From the IMG/VR virus record IMGVR_UViG_3300010391_001464, positions 1 through 64,000 of that record: a stretch of DNA of 64,000 nt; one strand, given 5' to 3'. Source of the DNA: a virus. The notes beneath the pieces were generated by a model that was given only the letters and a program-made list of their open reading frames with translations, was not told the origin of the DNA and did no database searches. Position numbers and translations under genes: made by a program. This document shows positions 39,977-48,986 of the stretch, piece by piece (the stretch's first letter is position 1; each line of letters opens with the position of its first letter).

Positions 39977-42900
39977 TTGAATATTATTAATCCTAATTTT
40001 AAAGTTAATGAAGATAAAAATATTTTTAATATTAGACAAAAGGAATTTGATAACTTAGAACCTTTAATAAGACAAACTATTTCTCCAGTAGAGGAACTTG
40101 GTTTTACTGTTAAAGAATTTGGAATCAGAGAAAGTAGATATACTGCAGGAGATCTAAGTAAAACTTTAAAACAAAATATAGTTATTAAACTTGAGAAAAA
40201 TAGTACTGATATAGATATAACTTTAGCAATGCCAACATTGGTTGATAAAAATTATATAGTTATAGGTGGAAGAAAAAAAATTCCTCAATTTCAATTATTT
40301 GATGTTCCAGTTATAACAAGAGGAAAAAGTACTAAAATAAGAACGAATGTTGCTACAATTATAGTAGAAGAGGAAAAAAATCCACCATTTATTAGCGTAA
40401 CTGTATTAAGTAAAAAAGTTCCACTTTCTCTTATTATTTTTGCTAAATATTCTAAACAAGAAATTATTGATAGATTTAAATTAGTGGACCTTGATGAGGA
40501 GTCATTAAAAAGAGATAATTATTATGAAAAATTATTATATGATTTAAAGAAAACATATATTGAAGCAATAAATTCTGAAATGACTCAAGATGATTTTATT
40601 AAAGCTCTCGGTGAGTACTACTCAAAATATAATGCTAAAGTAAAAGGTGAAGATGTCATATATGCTTTAGATATTATGTTAAAAGTAGATATTATGACCG
40701 CTAGATTTTTTAAATCTAAAAATATCATAGATGAAATAATTGAAGTAATAAAATTAGGTGAGATTGATGATCTAGATTATAGAAATAAAAGAATTAGATG
40801 TTTTGAGTATATAGTATTAGCAAAAGTTTCAAAAATTATATTCGACCTTTGTACATCAAATAGATCGCTAAAACAACCAAAATTTAATGTAAATTCTACT
40901 CAAATTTTAACTGAATGTAACGTGTCTGATATAGTTCAGTTTGATTTTTCTATTAATCCTATAGAGGAATTAACTAAACTATCTAGAGTAAGTTTAGTAG
41001 GCCCAGGTGGTTTTGATAAACAAAATATTCCGGAGCATCTAAGGGATGTAGCTCCTACAATGTTTGGAAGAATATGTCCAGTTGATACTCCAGATAGAGA
41101 AAATTGTGGAGTTCAGCATAATTTATTACCAAATGTTGATTTAGACGAAAATCTTAAATTTACAGATAAAATCCTAGATAAACAACCAATATCTATTCCA
41201 GTAGCAATGGTTCCATTCCTAGAACATGATGATCAAACCAGACTTCAAATGTCTTCTTCACAAATGAGACAGGCAATTATGTTAAAGGATTTTGACCAAG
41301 CATTAGTACAATCTGGAATAGAAGGAATATATACTGATCAAACTCAGTTTTTAAAACGTGCTAAAAAAGATGGAGAAATATTATATGTAGATAATAAATA
41401 TATAATAGTTGTTTATGATGATAAAGAAGTTGAAATATTTGATATATCATATAGAAAAATTTATGTAGGAAATATGGACATATTCAAAGTCTATATAAAA
41501 CAAGGAGACAAAGTAAAGCGAGGTGATATATTAGCTGAAAGTAATTATTGCCATGATGGAAGGATACAATTTGGAAAGAATTTATTAACAGGTGTAATGA
41601 TTCATTATGGTTATAATTATGAAGACGGTATAGTAATATCAGATAGATTAGTAAAGGATGGAATTCTTACTTCTCCTCATTTTGTAGATTTATCATTTAA
41701 TATCCCAACTAATAAGGTTTTATTAACTCTTGATTCTAAGAAGTATAAACCCTTGCCAGAAATAGGCGAAGAGATAAAAAATGGTAATCCCTACGCAATA
41801 ATAAAAGAAATGCCAACAGATAACATGGTTGATTATTATACTGTGTTCGAAGAATCAAATCCATTATTAACTAAAAATGACACGATTGTAACTGAAGCAA
41901 ACATATTTATTAATGAATGGAATGAGAATATTCCAGAATTTAATCATTGGGTTAAAGATGTAATTAAAAAGCAAAATAGAGAAGAAGAACAATTTCAAGG
42001 AATTCTTAATGAATATTTACCGAAAGACTCAGCTACTAAATTTATAAAAGATAATGATTTAGATAAATTTTCATCAGTTGGTAAATATAAAATAAAGAAT
42101 GAAAAAATAAATGGTATTCATGTAGAAATGTATGGAATATTCTTTAGGCCTATAAAGGTCGGAGATAAAATTGGAAATAGACATGGTAATAAAGGTATAA
42201 TTTCAAATATAGTACCACATGATAAAATGCCAAAGTTAGAGGATGGTAGACATCTTGATATTTGTATAAATCCACTTGGTATTATATCTAGAATGAATAT
42301 TGGTCAATTATTTGAATTACATTTAACAATGTCTATTAATGATTTAAAGAAAAATCTTTTAGTAATGTTGAACAGTAGTTCAAATACTAAACAGATTGAT
42401 ATGAAAAAATATTTAATAGAATATATTAAGATTTTAGATAATACTGTTGGTAATTGGTATTCTTGTCAGTTCATATCTCAAATTCCAAAAGTTATAGATG
42501 AAAACTTTATAAATAATTTATTTATAGTTCAACCACCGTTTGAATCAACTCCAATACAAAAGATTGAAGAGGCATTAAAATTTACAGGTACTAATTTTAC
42601 TTATAATTTACATGATCCTATTTCTAATCATAATTTCTTAAATAAAATAGCAGTAGGTTATATGTATTTCTTCAGAATGGTACATATAGCTGAAAACAGA
42701 CTAGCGGCTAGAGGTATTGCATCTTACGCTAGAAGAACTCTTCAACCATTAGCAGGAAGAAAAAACCGTGGTGGACAAAGATGTGGAGAAATGGAAACTG
42801 CATGTTTAATTGCGCATGATGCCCCACATAATTTATATGAATTTCAGACTACTAAATCTGACTGTATAGATTTAAAAAATAAATATATTCGAGAACAAAT

Positions 42901-43006
42901 AGAAACAGATTTAGTTAAAGAAGAAAAAGAGATTGATTCTGTATCAGAGTCAGTTAAATTACTGAATGCATACCTCACTGTAATAGGTGTAGATCGTAAA
43001 AACTAA
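39977..43006 (+). CDS. rpoB: DNA-directed RNA polymerase beta-like subunit (set 2)
   Basis: GRICPVDTPDRENCG, PFLEHDDQTRLQMSSSQMRQA, GYNYEDGIVIS, GDKIGNRHGNKG, NPLGIISRMNIGQ, GGQRCGEME; TTG start after AGGAGG at 39962. Confidence 0.96.
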   Translation: MNIINPNFKVNEDKNIFNIRQKEFDNLEPLIRQTISPVEELGFTVKEFGIRESRYTAGDLSKTLKQNIVIKLEKNSTDIDITLAMPTLVDKNYIVIGGRKKIPQFQLFDVPVITRGKSTKIRTNVATIIVEEEKNPPFISVTVLSKKVPLSLIIFAKYSKQEIIDRFKLVDLDEESLKRDNYYEKLLYDLKKTYIEAINSEMTQDDFIKALGEYYSKYNAKVKGEDVIYALDIMLKVDIMTARFFKSKNIIDEIIEVIKLGEIDDLDYRNKRIRCFEYIVLAKVSKIIFDLCTSNRSLKQPKFNVNSTQILTECNVSDIVQFDFSINPIEELTKLSRVSLVGPGGFDKQNIPEHLRDVAPTMFGRICPVDTPDRENCGVQHNLLPNVDLDENLKFTDKILDKQPISIPVAMVPFLEHDDQTRLQMSSSQMRQAIMLKDFDQALVQSGIEGIYTDQTQFLKRAKKDGEILYVDNKYIIVVYDDKEVEIFDISYRKIYVGNMDIFKVYIKQGDKVKRGDILAESNYCHDGRIQFGKNLLTGVMIHYGYNYEDGIVISDRLVKDGILTSPHFVDLSFNIPTNKVLLTLDSKKYKPLPEIGEEIKNGNPYAIIKEMPTDNMVDYYTVFEESNPLLTKNDTIVTEANIFINEWNENIPEFNHWVKDVIKKQNREEEQFQGILNEYLPKDSATKFIKDNDLDKFSSVGKYKIKNEKINGIHVEMYGIFFRPIKVGDKIGNRHGNKGIISNIVPHDKMPKLEDGRHLDICINPLGIISRMNIGQLFELHLTMSINDLKKNLLVMLNSSSNTKQIDMKKYLIEYIKILDNTVGNWYSCQFISQIPKVIDENFINNLFIVQPPFESTPIQKIEEALKFTGTNFTYNLHDPISNHNFLNKIAVGYMYFFRMVHIAENRLAARGIASYARRTLQPLAGRKNRGGQRCGEMETACLIAHDAPHNLYEFQTTKSDCIDLKNKYIREQIETDLVKEEKEIDSVSESVKLLNAYLTVIGVDRKN

Positions 43007-43015
43007 CTAAAAGAA

Positions 43016-43035
43016 GGGATATATTTATATATCCC
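43016..43035. promoter_or_regulatory. 20-bp intergenic palindrome GGGATATAT-TT-ATATATCCC
   Basis: Counterpart of 12007-12026 with a compensatory arm change. Confidence 0.5.
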
Positions 43036-43050
43036 ATAAGGGAGAAACAA

Positions 43051-43347
43051 ATGACTACTGTAACAATCGTAACATTAACTATCGAACAAGTAAAAGCTTA
43101 TTTTGAAGGAAAGGGTCTAAATGTTGAAGATCCTGGAACCACTAATCTAACTTATAACAAGATGTTAGTTATAGAAAAAGATGCTGAAGCAACATATGGC
43201 AAAGAATTTTCAAAGTTCGTACGTAGTATCTGGGACAAAACCACAAAAGAGTCAGCAACAGGAAAGCGTAAATTTTGGAATTACTTTCCAAAGTACAAGT
43301 CATGGAATGATTTGACAACTGCCTATACTGCCTCTATAAAGAAGTAA
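43051..43347 (+). CDS. Hypothetical protein closing the RNAP set 2 operon
   Basis: 98 aa, RBS AAGGGAG. Confidence 0.7.
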   Translation: MTTVTIVTLTIEQVKAYFEGKGLNVEDPGTTNLTYNKMLVIEKDAEATYGKEFSKFVRSIWDKTTKESATGKRKFWNYFPKYKSWNDLTTAYTASIKK

Positions 43348-43489
43348 GCTTAGATAAAAGTGGAGTTGGTTAACCCTGCCATATAATAGGGAGTGGTAAA
43401 CACTTTTTCTAAACTACAGTTGGTGGAAACTTTAAAAGCCATATAGGATTTTTTAAATTGGTAGGGACCATGGTTGGAGGGGACTCTAT

Positions 43490-43519
43490 AAAATCTATTC
43501 ATTAGAATAGATTTTTTTT
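43490..43519 (+). terminator. Intrinsic terminator
   Basis: AAAATCTATTC-ATTA-GAATAGATTTT running into a T8 tract. Confidence 0.7.
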
Positions 43520-43582
43520 AGTCAAAAAAAGTTTTAAAAAAATATCTAGTACACGTTTTTAATTTTAATTGAAACAAATTCC

Positions 43583-43596
43583 TATATATATTAATT
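43583..43596 (+). promoter_or_regulatory. Putative class B promoter (TATATATATTAATT)
   Basis: Identical to 9080-9093; follows a terminator and precedes RBS AGGAGG. Confidence 0.55.
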
Positions 43597-43615
43597 TCTA
43601 AGGAGGAAGTTTATT

Positions 43616-43648
43616 ATGACCAAACACTAGCTTATTCGTCCGCCGTAA
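43616..43648 (+). CDS. Putative leader peptide MTKH-(TAG)-LIRPP-TAA
   Basis: RBS AGGAGG at 43601-43606; codons ATG ACC AAA CAC TAG CTT ATT CGT CCG CCG TAA. Confidence 0.55.
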
Positions 43649-43701
43649 AGTAATCTCTTTTATGTAGTATTATTAATTAAAAAACTAAAAAGGAGATTAC
43701 T
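43649..43701 (+). promoter_or_regulatory. RBS-sequestering hairpin for gene 43705
   Basis: AGTAATCTCTTTT (43649-43661) pairs with AAAGGAGATTACT (43689-43701): 13 bp with one G-U, covering AGGAG. Confidence 0.65.
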
Positions 43702-43704
43702 AAA

Positions 43705-44118
43705 ATGAATACGATTCAAAACACACCAAAAGAACTATTCAAATCAAAAGAACAATATCTACAGTTCATTCAAGCATGGAAAAAAGCATATAAAGAAAAT
43801 AAACAATCTTTAACTTTAAAGCAACATATGTTGTACGCAATGTTCAGAAATAAAGATTGGAGAAAATGTTGTACTCCATGTACTAATAAAAATAAAATTA
43901 ATAATGGTCAAAAACCAAATCAAACCACATTTACTGCATTTTTTGAATTAAGAAGAAATTATAGAAGTTTATGTGTTTTTGGTGAAAATGTTACGAATGA
44001 AATGTACGATAATTTAATTTCAAAATATCTTCCTGACCCAAAAGAGTTTAATTTAGGCGATTCAATTCCAAATTCCCCATATAAGGTTATAAATGAAACT
44101 GTTTGTTCTGGTTCGTAA
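43705..44118 (+). CDS. Hypothetical protein upstream of Pth2
   Basis: 137 aa, overlaps the Pth2-like gene. Confidence 0.7.
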   Translation: MNTIQNTPKELFKSKEQYLQFIQAWKKAYKENKQSLTLKQHMLYAMFRNKDWRKCCTPCTNKNKINNGQKPNQTTFTAFFELRRNYRSLCVFGENVTNEMYDNLISKYLPDPKEFNLGDSIPNSPYKVINETVCSGS

Positions 44119-44389
44119 GGACCTTAGTAAAAATCAACAAGCAGTTCAAGCTGGACATGTAGTAGCTCAATATCTATTACATGTCCAGAATCATTCATGG
44201 ACTAACGGAACATTAATCTATCTCGGAGTTGATAATAAAGAAGAGCTAGAGATATGGGGAGATAAATTAGACATGCAAGGATTAAACTGGGTTGGATTTA
44301 AAGAACCTGATTTGAATAATGAAATGACTGCATTAAGTATTGCTTCAGATGAAAATCCTTTCAAAAGATTAAAACTAATGGAATTATAA
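44093..44389 (+). CDS. Peptidyl-tRNA hydrolase type 2 (Pth2)-like protein
   Basis: KLFVLVRKDLS..QQAVQAGH, L.V.NKEEL, FKEPDL.NEMTALSI. Confidence 0.8.
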   Translation: MKLFVLVRKDLSKNQQAVQAGHVVAQYLLHVQNHSWTNGTLIYLGVDNKEELEIWGDKLDMQGLNWVGFKEPDLNNEMTALSIASDENPFKRLKLMEL

Positions 44390-44487
44390 ACATGGGATTG
44401 ATGTAATAACCAAGACAGTACGAAGAGGATAGACATATAACACACCATCATTCTCTTAACGACAATCGGGTAAATCAGTCCCATGTT
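44389..44487 (+). ncRNA. Candidate ~100-nt structured RNA
   Basis: 14-bp closing stem AACATGGGATTGAT/ATCAGTCCCATGTT and inner stem AAGAGGAT/ATTCTCTT, each with one G-U pair. Confidence 0.45.
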
Positions 44488-44502
44488 ATTAAAAAAGTAA
44501 AC

Positions 44503-44574
44503 ACCTCATTAGCTCAGCGGTAGAGCGATGGTCCCTAAAACCAAATGTCACGGGTTCAAATCCTGTATGAGGTA
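44503..44574 (+). tRNA. tRNA with CUA anticodon (putative amber suppressor); atypical C33, no encoded CCA
   Basis: Acceptor ACCTCAT/ATGAGGT, D-arm GCTC/GAGC, anticodon arm TGGT-CCCTAAA-ACCA, T-arm ACGGG-TTCAAAT-CCTGT. Confidence 0.7.
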
Positions 44575-44608
44575 TTTAATATTAACCACTAACCAATAAG
44601 GACAAAAC

Positions 44609-45355
44609 ATGAAGAGGATTTTCGGAACTATCATCTTATTAGTTTTAGTAGCATCTAGTGCTTTCGCATATCGTCCCTTTTACACAGAAGATGCTGAGAT
44701 TGTAGGTGATAAAGTATTTCAAAATGAATTCAGTATCGATCAAATAGAATGGAAGTCAGAAGACACAGACACAATTATTACTGACATTGTTTATTACGGA
44801 ATAAATAAGAATATTCATGTTGCTGCTGGCATCCCTTATTCCAAACATAAGATCTATAAAGGAGACTCATTCAAAGGATATGGAGATTTTTTCCTTGTCG
44901 GAAAATATATTGTTATAAGAGATAAGAATGATATGGCAAGGATTGCTATCAAAGCTACCGGAAAATGGAATAATGGTAGTTATGATAAATATGTTGGTTT
45001 TGGAGATAAGGAATATGCAGGTATTCTTTGTTTTACTCAACCAATATCTGAAAAGATACTTGTCCATGCTCAAAGTGGATATACAGTCGTAACTGACAGA
45101 AAAAATCCCGACTATAAGAATTATTGGTTATATGCTGTCGGTACTGACCTTACCATAACAAAGAAAGGTCATTTAATTGCAGAATTAATCGCCAATAAAA
45201 ATTTAATCTCAACTCTTCAACAGCAGAGGTTCATAAATGTTGGAGGATATTATATTATTAATAATTACTGGAATTTTGACTTAACTTATCGTAATGGATT
45301 AACTGATACAGCTCAAGATCATGGTTTTGGTGTTGGCCTTGTATTTCATTATTAA
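44609..45355 (+). CDS. Outer-membrane beta-barrel protein (putative transporter)
   Basis: Sec signal peptide ending SSAFA, then YRPFYTEDA, alternating amphipathic strands, C-terminal GFGVGLVFHY beta-signal. Confidence 0.7.
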   Translation: MKRIFGTIILLVLVASSAFAYRPFYTEDAEIVGDKVFQNEFSIDQIEWKSEDTDTIITDIVYYGINKNIHVAAGIPYSKHKIYKGDSFKGYGDFFLVGKYIVIRDKNDMARIAIKATGKWNNGSYDKYVGFGDKEYAGILCFTQPISEKILVHAQSGYTVVTDRKNPDYKNYWLYAVGTDLTITKKGHLIAELIANKNLISTLQQQRFINVGGYYIINNYWNFDLTYRNGLTDTAQDHGFGVGLVFHY

Positions 45356-45370
45356 AAAATTTGAGGAAAT

Positions 45371-45744
45371 ATGAAACCTATCAAAAATATAACTAAATGT
45401 GGAGCAATATGTATGGATAAGACCAAATAATAAGATTACCAAGAGGACTCCCTGTTTTATATATAGTTGCTTGGCCATTCGATTTTTTATATACTATATA
45501 TAAGAAAGAATTTAAAAGATATGGGATCAGTTATACAGAAGATGACACTAAGTTTTATATTAAAGGATTTGTTTCTGGAGATACTCATGAGAAAGGACTT
45601 AGTATTGTAGCACTCGACAATGAGAAATGCTGTCTTTTGTATTATCGAGATGAAAAAGCTGAAATAATACGAAAAACTGCAAGGCTCGGATGGTACAGAA
45701 GAAATGAAATTATGGATGCTGGTATTGCAAATTGTCCCTACTAA
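45371..45744 (+). CDS. Hypothetical protein missed by the ORF track (frameshift at ~45420)
   Basis: ATG after GAGG gives MKPIKNITKCGAICMDK; one extra A continues DQIIRLPRGLPVLYIVAWPF...AGIANCPY-TAA. Confidence 0.45.
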
Positions 45745-45765
45745 ATTATTAAGATAGGAGTAAAT

Positions 45766-46386
45766 ATGTCTACGAGTACACCTACTACACCAGAAGTAAA
45801 AAAGAAAGGGATCTTCAATAGGGCCCTTGATATTTTAGTTCCGCCAATTGAAGAAAAACCTTCAGTACAACCTCAAACACAGAGTGTTGTATCTGAGGTA
45901 AAAAGTATAAAATCTCCCAAAATTGACCAGGATATGTACGCATCTATCATGGAAGCATTGAAGGGAAGAGGGAGAGTTTTTCATGAATTTATGGGGAAGT
46001 CAGAGGAAATGAAAACCTTCGTTCCTGACGAGCCGGCGAGAATAAAAGCAACATCTATTGCGATGTCAGTTTCTAAGGAAGCTCTTTCATCTGCCATTAA
46101 TGAGATCAGAACTGGTCTTACTGTTGAGAAAAATGGGTTTAGTATTGAAATTGAAAAAGCTTTAAAAGATAATTCACTCATTACAAACAATATCAACAGC
46201 ATAGAGAAACAAATATCAGATCTTCAAGAAAAACTTGTTAGTCTTACAGAAAAGAAAACAAGTATGGCAACAGAACTTCAGGAGAAAATTCAAAAAGTTG
46301 AATCAATAAAAGAAATTTTTGAAGCAACTCTTGCAGCAATTACATCTGAGATCGATGCAATGGAATCAAAAATAAACTTCATATAA
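45766..46386 (+). CDS. Coiled-coil protein, first gene of the ABC/OmpA cassette
   Basis: 206 aa, heptad-rich C-terminal half, RBS AGGAG. Confidence 0.7.
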   Translation: MSTSTPTTPEVKKKGIFNRALDILVPPIEEKPSVQPQTQSVVSEVKSIKSPKIDQDMYASIMEALKGRGRVFHEFMGKSEEMKTFVPDEPARIKATSIAMSVSKEALSSAINEIRTGLTVEKNGFSIEIEKALKDNSLITNNINSIEKQISDLQEKLVSLTEKKTSMATELQEKIQKVESIKEIFEATLAAITSEIDAMESKINFI

Positions 46387-46396
46387 GGGGGCAACC

Positions 46397-47416
46397 ATGG
46401 ATATAGGTGATAAATCAAAATCATTTTGGGAACGTCCGGAGGGAACAACTGGAATGATAACATTAGCACTTCTAGGAATAGGCGGTGCTATTCTGTTAAG
46501 TACTGTTCTTCCCTTCATCATATCTCTTTTACAGAATACTATATATGCAGCTTTCCTTTTTACGATCCTTGCAGCTATTGTATTTCTGGTAACAAATAAG
46601 AAGATAAGAACTATAGTATCTTATATGTTCAAATCAATCATGAGGTCAATGACAAATGTTTTTATTACAATTGACCCTATCGGAATATTAAAGAATTATA
46701 TTTCCGATCTTGAAAGTAGTCTTGTAGACATGGATGAACAGAATGCAATAGTGAAAGGACAAATAAGAGCTCTAGACATAGAAATAAATAATAATGAGTC
46801 TAAGAGACAAAAGTCCCTAAATATCGCAAAGGTTGCAAATGAACAGGGACAAAAACTTGCTGTTACTCTTGAAGGAAGAAAGGCCGGAAGACTTAAAGAA
46901 ACAAATTTAACATATCAAGGGCTCAGAACCAAGTTTGAGCTCTTATATCGTACATTAATAAAAATGTACGAAAGATCTGACTTTCTTCTACAAGATATGA
47001 AGTCAGAAGTAGAAGTAAAAGAAAAAGAATATAATATAGTTAAAGCATCCTATTCTGCCTATAGGTCGGCAGTAAAGATAGTCAATGGTGATAAGGATGC
47101 AAGAGAACTTTTCGAACAGACCATGGAATATTTGGCTGAAGACTATGGAAAGAAGCTCGGAGAAATTGAACACTTTATGGAAACCAGTCAAAAATTTGTA
47201 GCTTCAGTTGATATTCAAAATGGAATATATGAAGCAGATGCTCTGAAGAATCTGGAAACATGGGAAAAAGACATGGATAATATTCTTCTTCCGGGCCCAG
47301 AAAAAAGAGAACTGATCGAAATGTCAAACGATATCAGTCATCCCCTTGTTTTTGAAAAAGAAAAAGTACCAGTTGCTGCAAGAAAGAAATCTGGAAATAA
47401 ATATCTGGATGTTTAA
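46397..47416 (+). CDS. Membrane-anchored coiled-coil protein (PspA-like architecture)
   Basis: Two N-terminal TM helices, then DPIGILKNYISDL and a long coiled coil. Confidence 0.65.
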   Translation: MDIGDKSKSFWERPEGTTGMITLALLGIGGAILLSTVLPFIISLLQNTIYAAFLFTILAAIVFLVTNKKIRTIVSYMFKSIMRSMTNVFITIDPIGILKNYISDLESSLVDMDEQNAIVKGQIRALDIEINNNESKRQKSLNIAKVANEQGQKLAVTLEGRKAGRLKETNLTYQGLRTKFELLYRTLIKMYERSDFLLQDMKSEVEVKEKEYNIVKASYSAYRSAVKIVNGDKDARELFEQTMEYLAEDYGKKLGEIEHFMETSQKFVASVDIQNGIYEADALKNLETWEKDMDNILLPGPEKRELIEMSNDISHPLVFEKEKVPVAARKKSGNKYLDV

Positions 47417-47444
47417 AAATCAATCGGAAAAGGAGAACATCTAC

Positions 47445-48986
47445 ATGCAAGGAAGACGTATGGGTCCAGCACTAAAAGGAATAATTATTTTCGCAGTTGC
47501 AGCAGCACTTTTCTTCGGATTCGTAAAGTACAAACATATGATCATACCCGAAGGAAGACAAACAAAATCAATTCTTTCTGATGACACCAAAAAGGCGGTC
47601 AAGGACGGGACCAAGGTTTACAGTATATGTGTTGTTACTTGGCCCGGATATGCAGGAGCCCAGTTATTTAACAATGGATTCTCTGCAAACAAGGATTCTG
47701 AGTATTACAAAAAGTATGGGATCATGGTTGATTTCAAGATTATAGATGACCTTAAACCCAGTCGGGATGCTTTCATTGATGGTAAATGTGATCTTCTATG
47801 GATGACATTTGACTCAATGTCCCCAGAAGCAGATTCCTTAGCTAAAGTTGGGGCAGAAGCTGTATGGGGGGCTGATAAGAGCAGAGGTGGAGATGTTGTT
47901 GTTGTTACACATGACATCAAAACTATAAATGATCTGGCCGGTCAGCCAGTAGCTTTTGCCCAAGCATCACCATCAAACTCATATCTTTTGATTCTTTTGA
48001 AAGCGGCTGGAAAGGAATGGAGTTTTATAAAACCAGTTGCTGTCGACTCGGCTATCACTGCAGCAAAATATTTCCAAGATGGGAAAGTAAAGGCTGCAAT
48101 CGTATGGTCTCCAGACGATGAAACATGTGTAAGTAAGGTTCCGGGTGCAAGAAAATTTGCATCTACAAAGACCCATACAGATGTGATAAGCGATGGATTT
48201 TGGGCCAAGAAGGAAAATGTTGAAGCCAACTTCAATGACTTCGTCAATATCTATCGTGGATGGATGATTGGAAATGCTAGAATAAATTCTTCTTCTGAGC
48301 AAAAGATTAAAGCTGCTAAGATTTTATCTTCTGGATTAAATATATCAGAAGGAGATGCAATGAATGCCTTGGATAAGGTGAGGCTTCTAACTCATGGTGA
48401 TAATATAAATCTATTTGGAATGAATTCCTCGTTTACAGGTATAACTGCAGACGACCTTTATTCCAATACTGCAAGGATTTATGAAGCCATTGGTTATGCC
48501 TCAAATTCTCCTTCATGGCGAACTGTAAGTACTAATAAGATCATTGCGGCTGCTAGTGACCTTACGTCAGAACCAGGTCAGAATGCAGAAGGTCAAATGA
48601 AATTTACCGCTGCATCTCCAAGTCTCCTAAATGAACCGGTTATCGCAAGTCAAGCTGTAAGTATTACCTTCAACACAGGTTCATCTGAAATTGATGACAA
48701 TGGAAAAGTTATCCTTCAGATAGCAGTTGGTGAAACTCTCCGGAAACTATCTTGATCAAGGGTAAAAATTGAAGGACATACTGATAACATCGGAGATCCA
48801 GCAAGCAACAGACGTCTATCAAAAAGAAGGGCAGAGTCCGTTGTTGGATATCTCGTATCTAAATATAACTTCGATCGAAACAGATTTATTGTTGATGGGA
48901 AGGGACAAGAACATCCCATTATGACAAATGAAACAGAAGAAGGTCGAAGAACAAACAGAAGAACTGAAATTGCAATTTTGAATTAA
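47445..48986 (+). CDS. ABC substrate-binding protein (NMT1/SsuA-like) fused to an OmpA-like domain; in-frame TGA at 48753-48755
   Basis: VVTWPGYAG, DKSRGGD, INDLAG, AAIVWSPD; ITFNTGSSEI, then past the TGA VKIEGHTDNIGDPASNRRLSKRRAESV...NRRTEI-TAA. Confidence 0.8.

Noticed and set aside
44503-44574. tRNA-Arg(CCU) reading
   Set aside because: Centring CCT in a 7-nt loop destroys anticodon-stem pairing in the given sequence; it would need two compensating indels.
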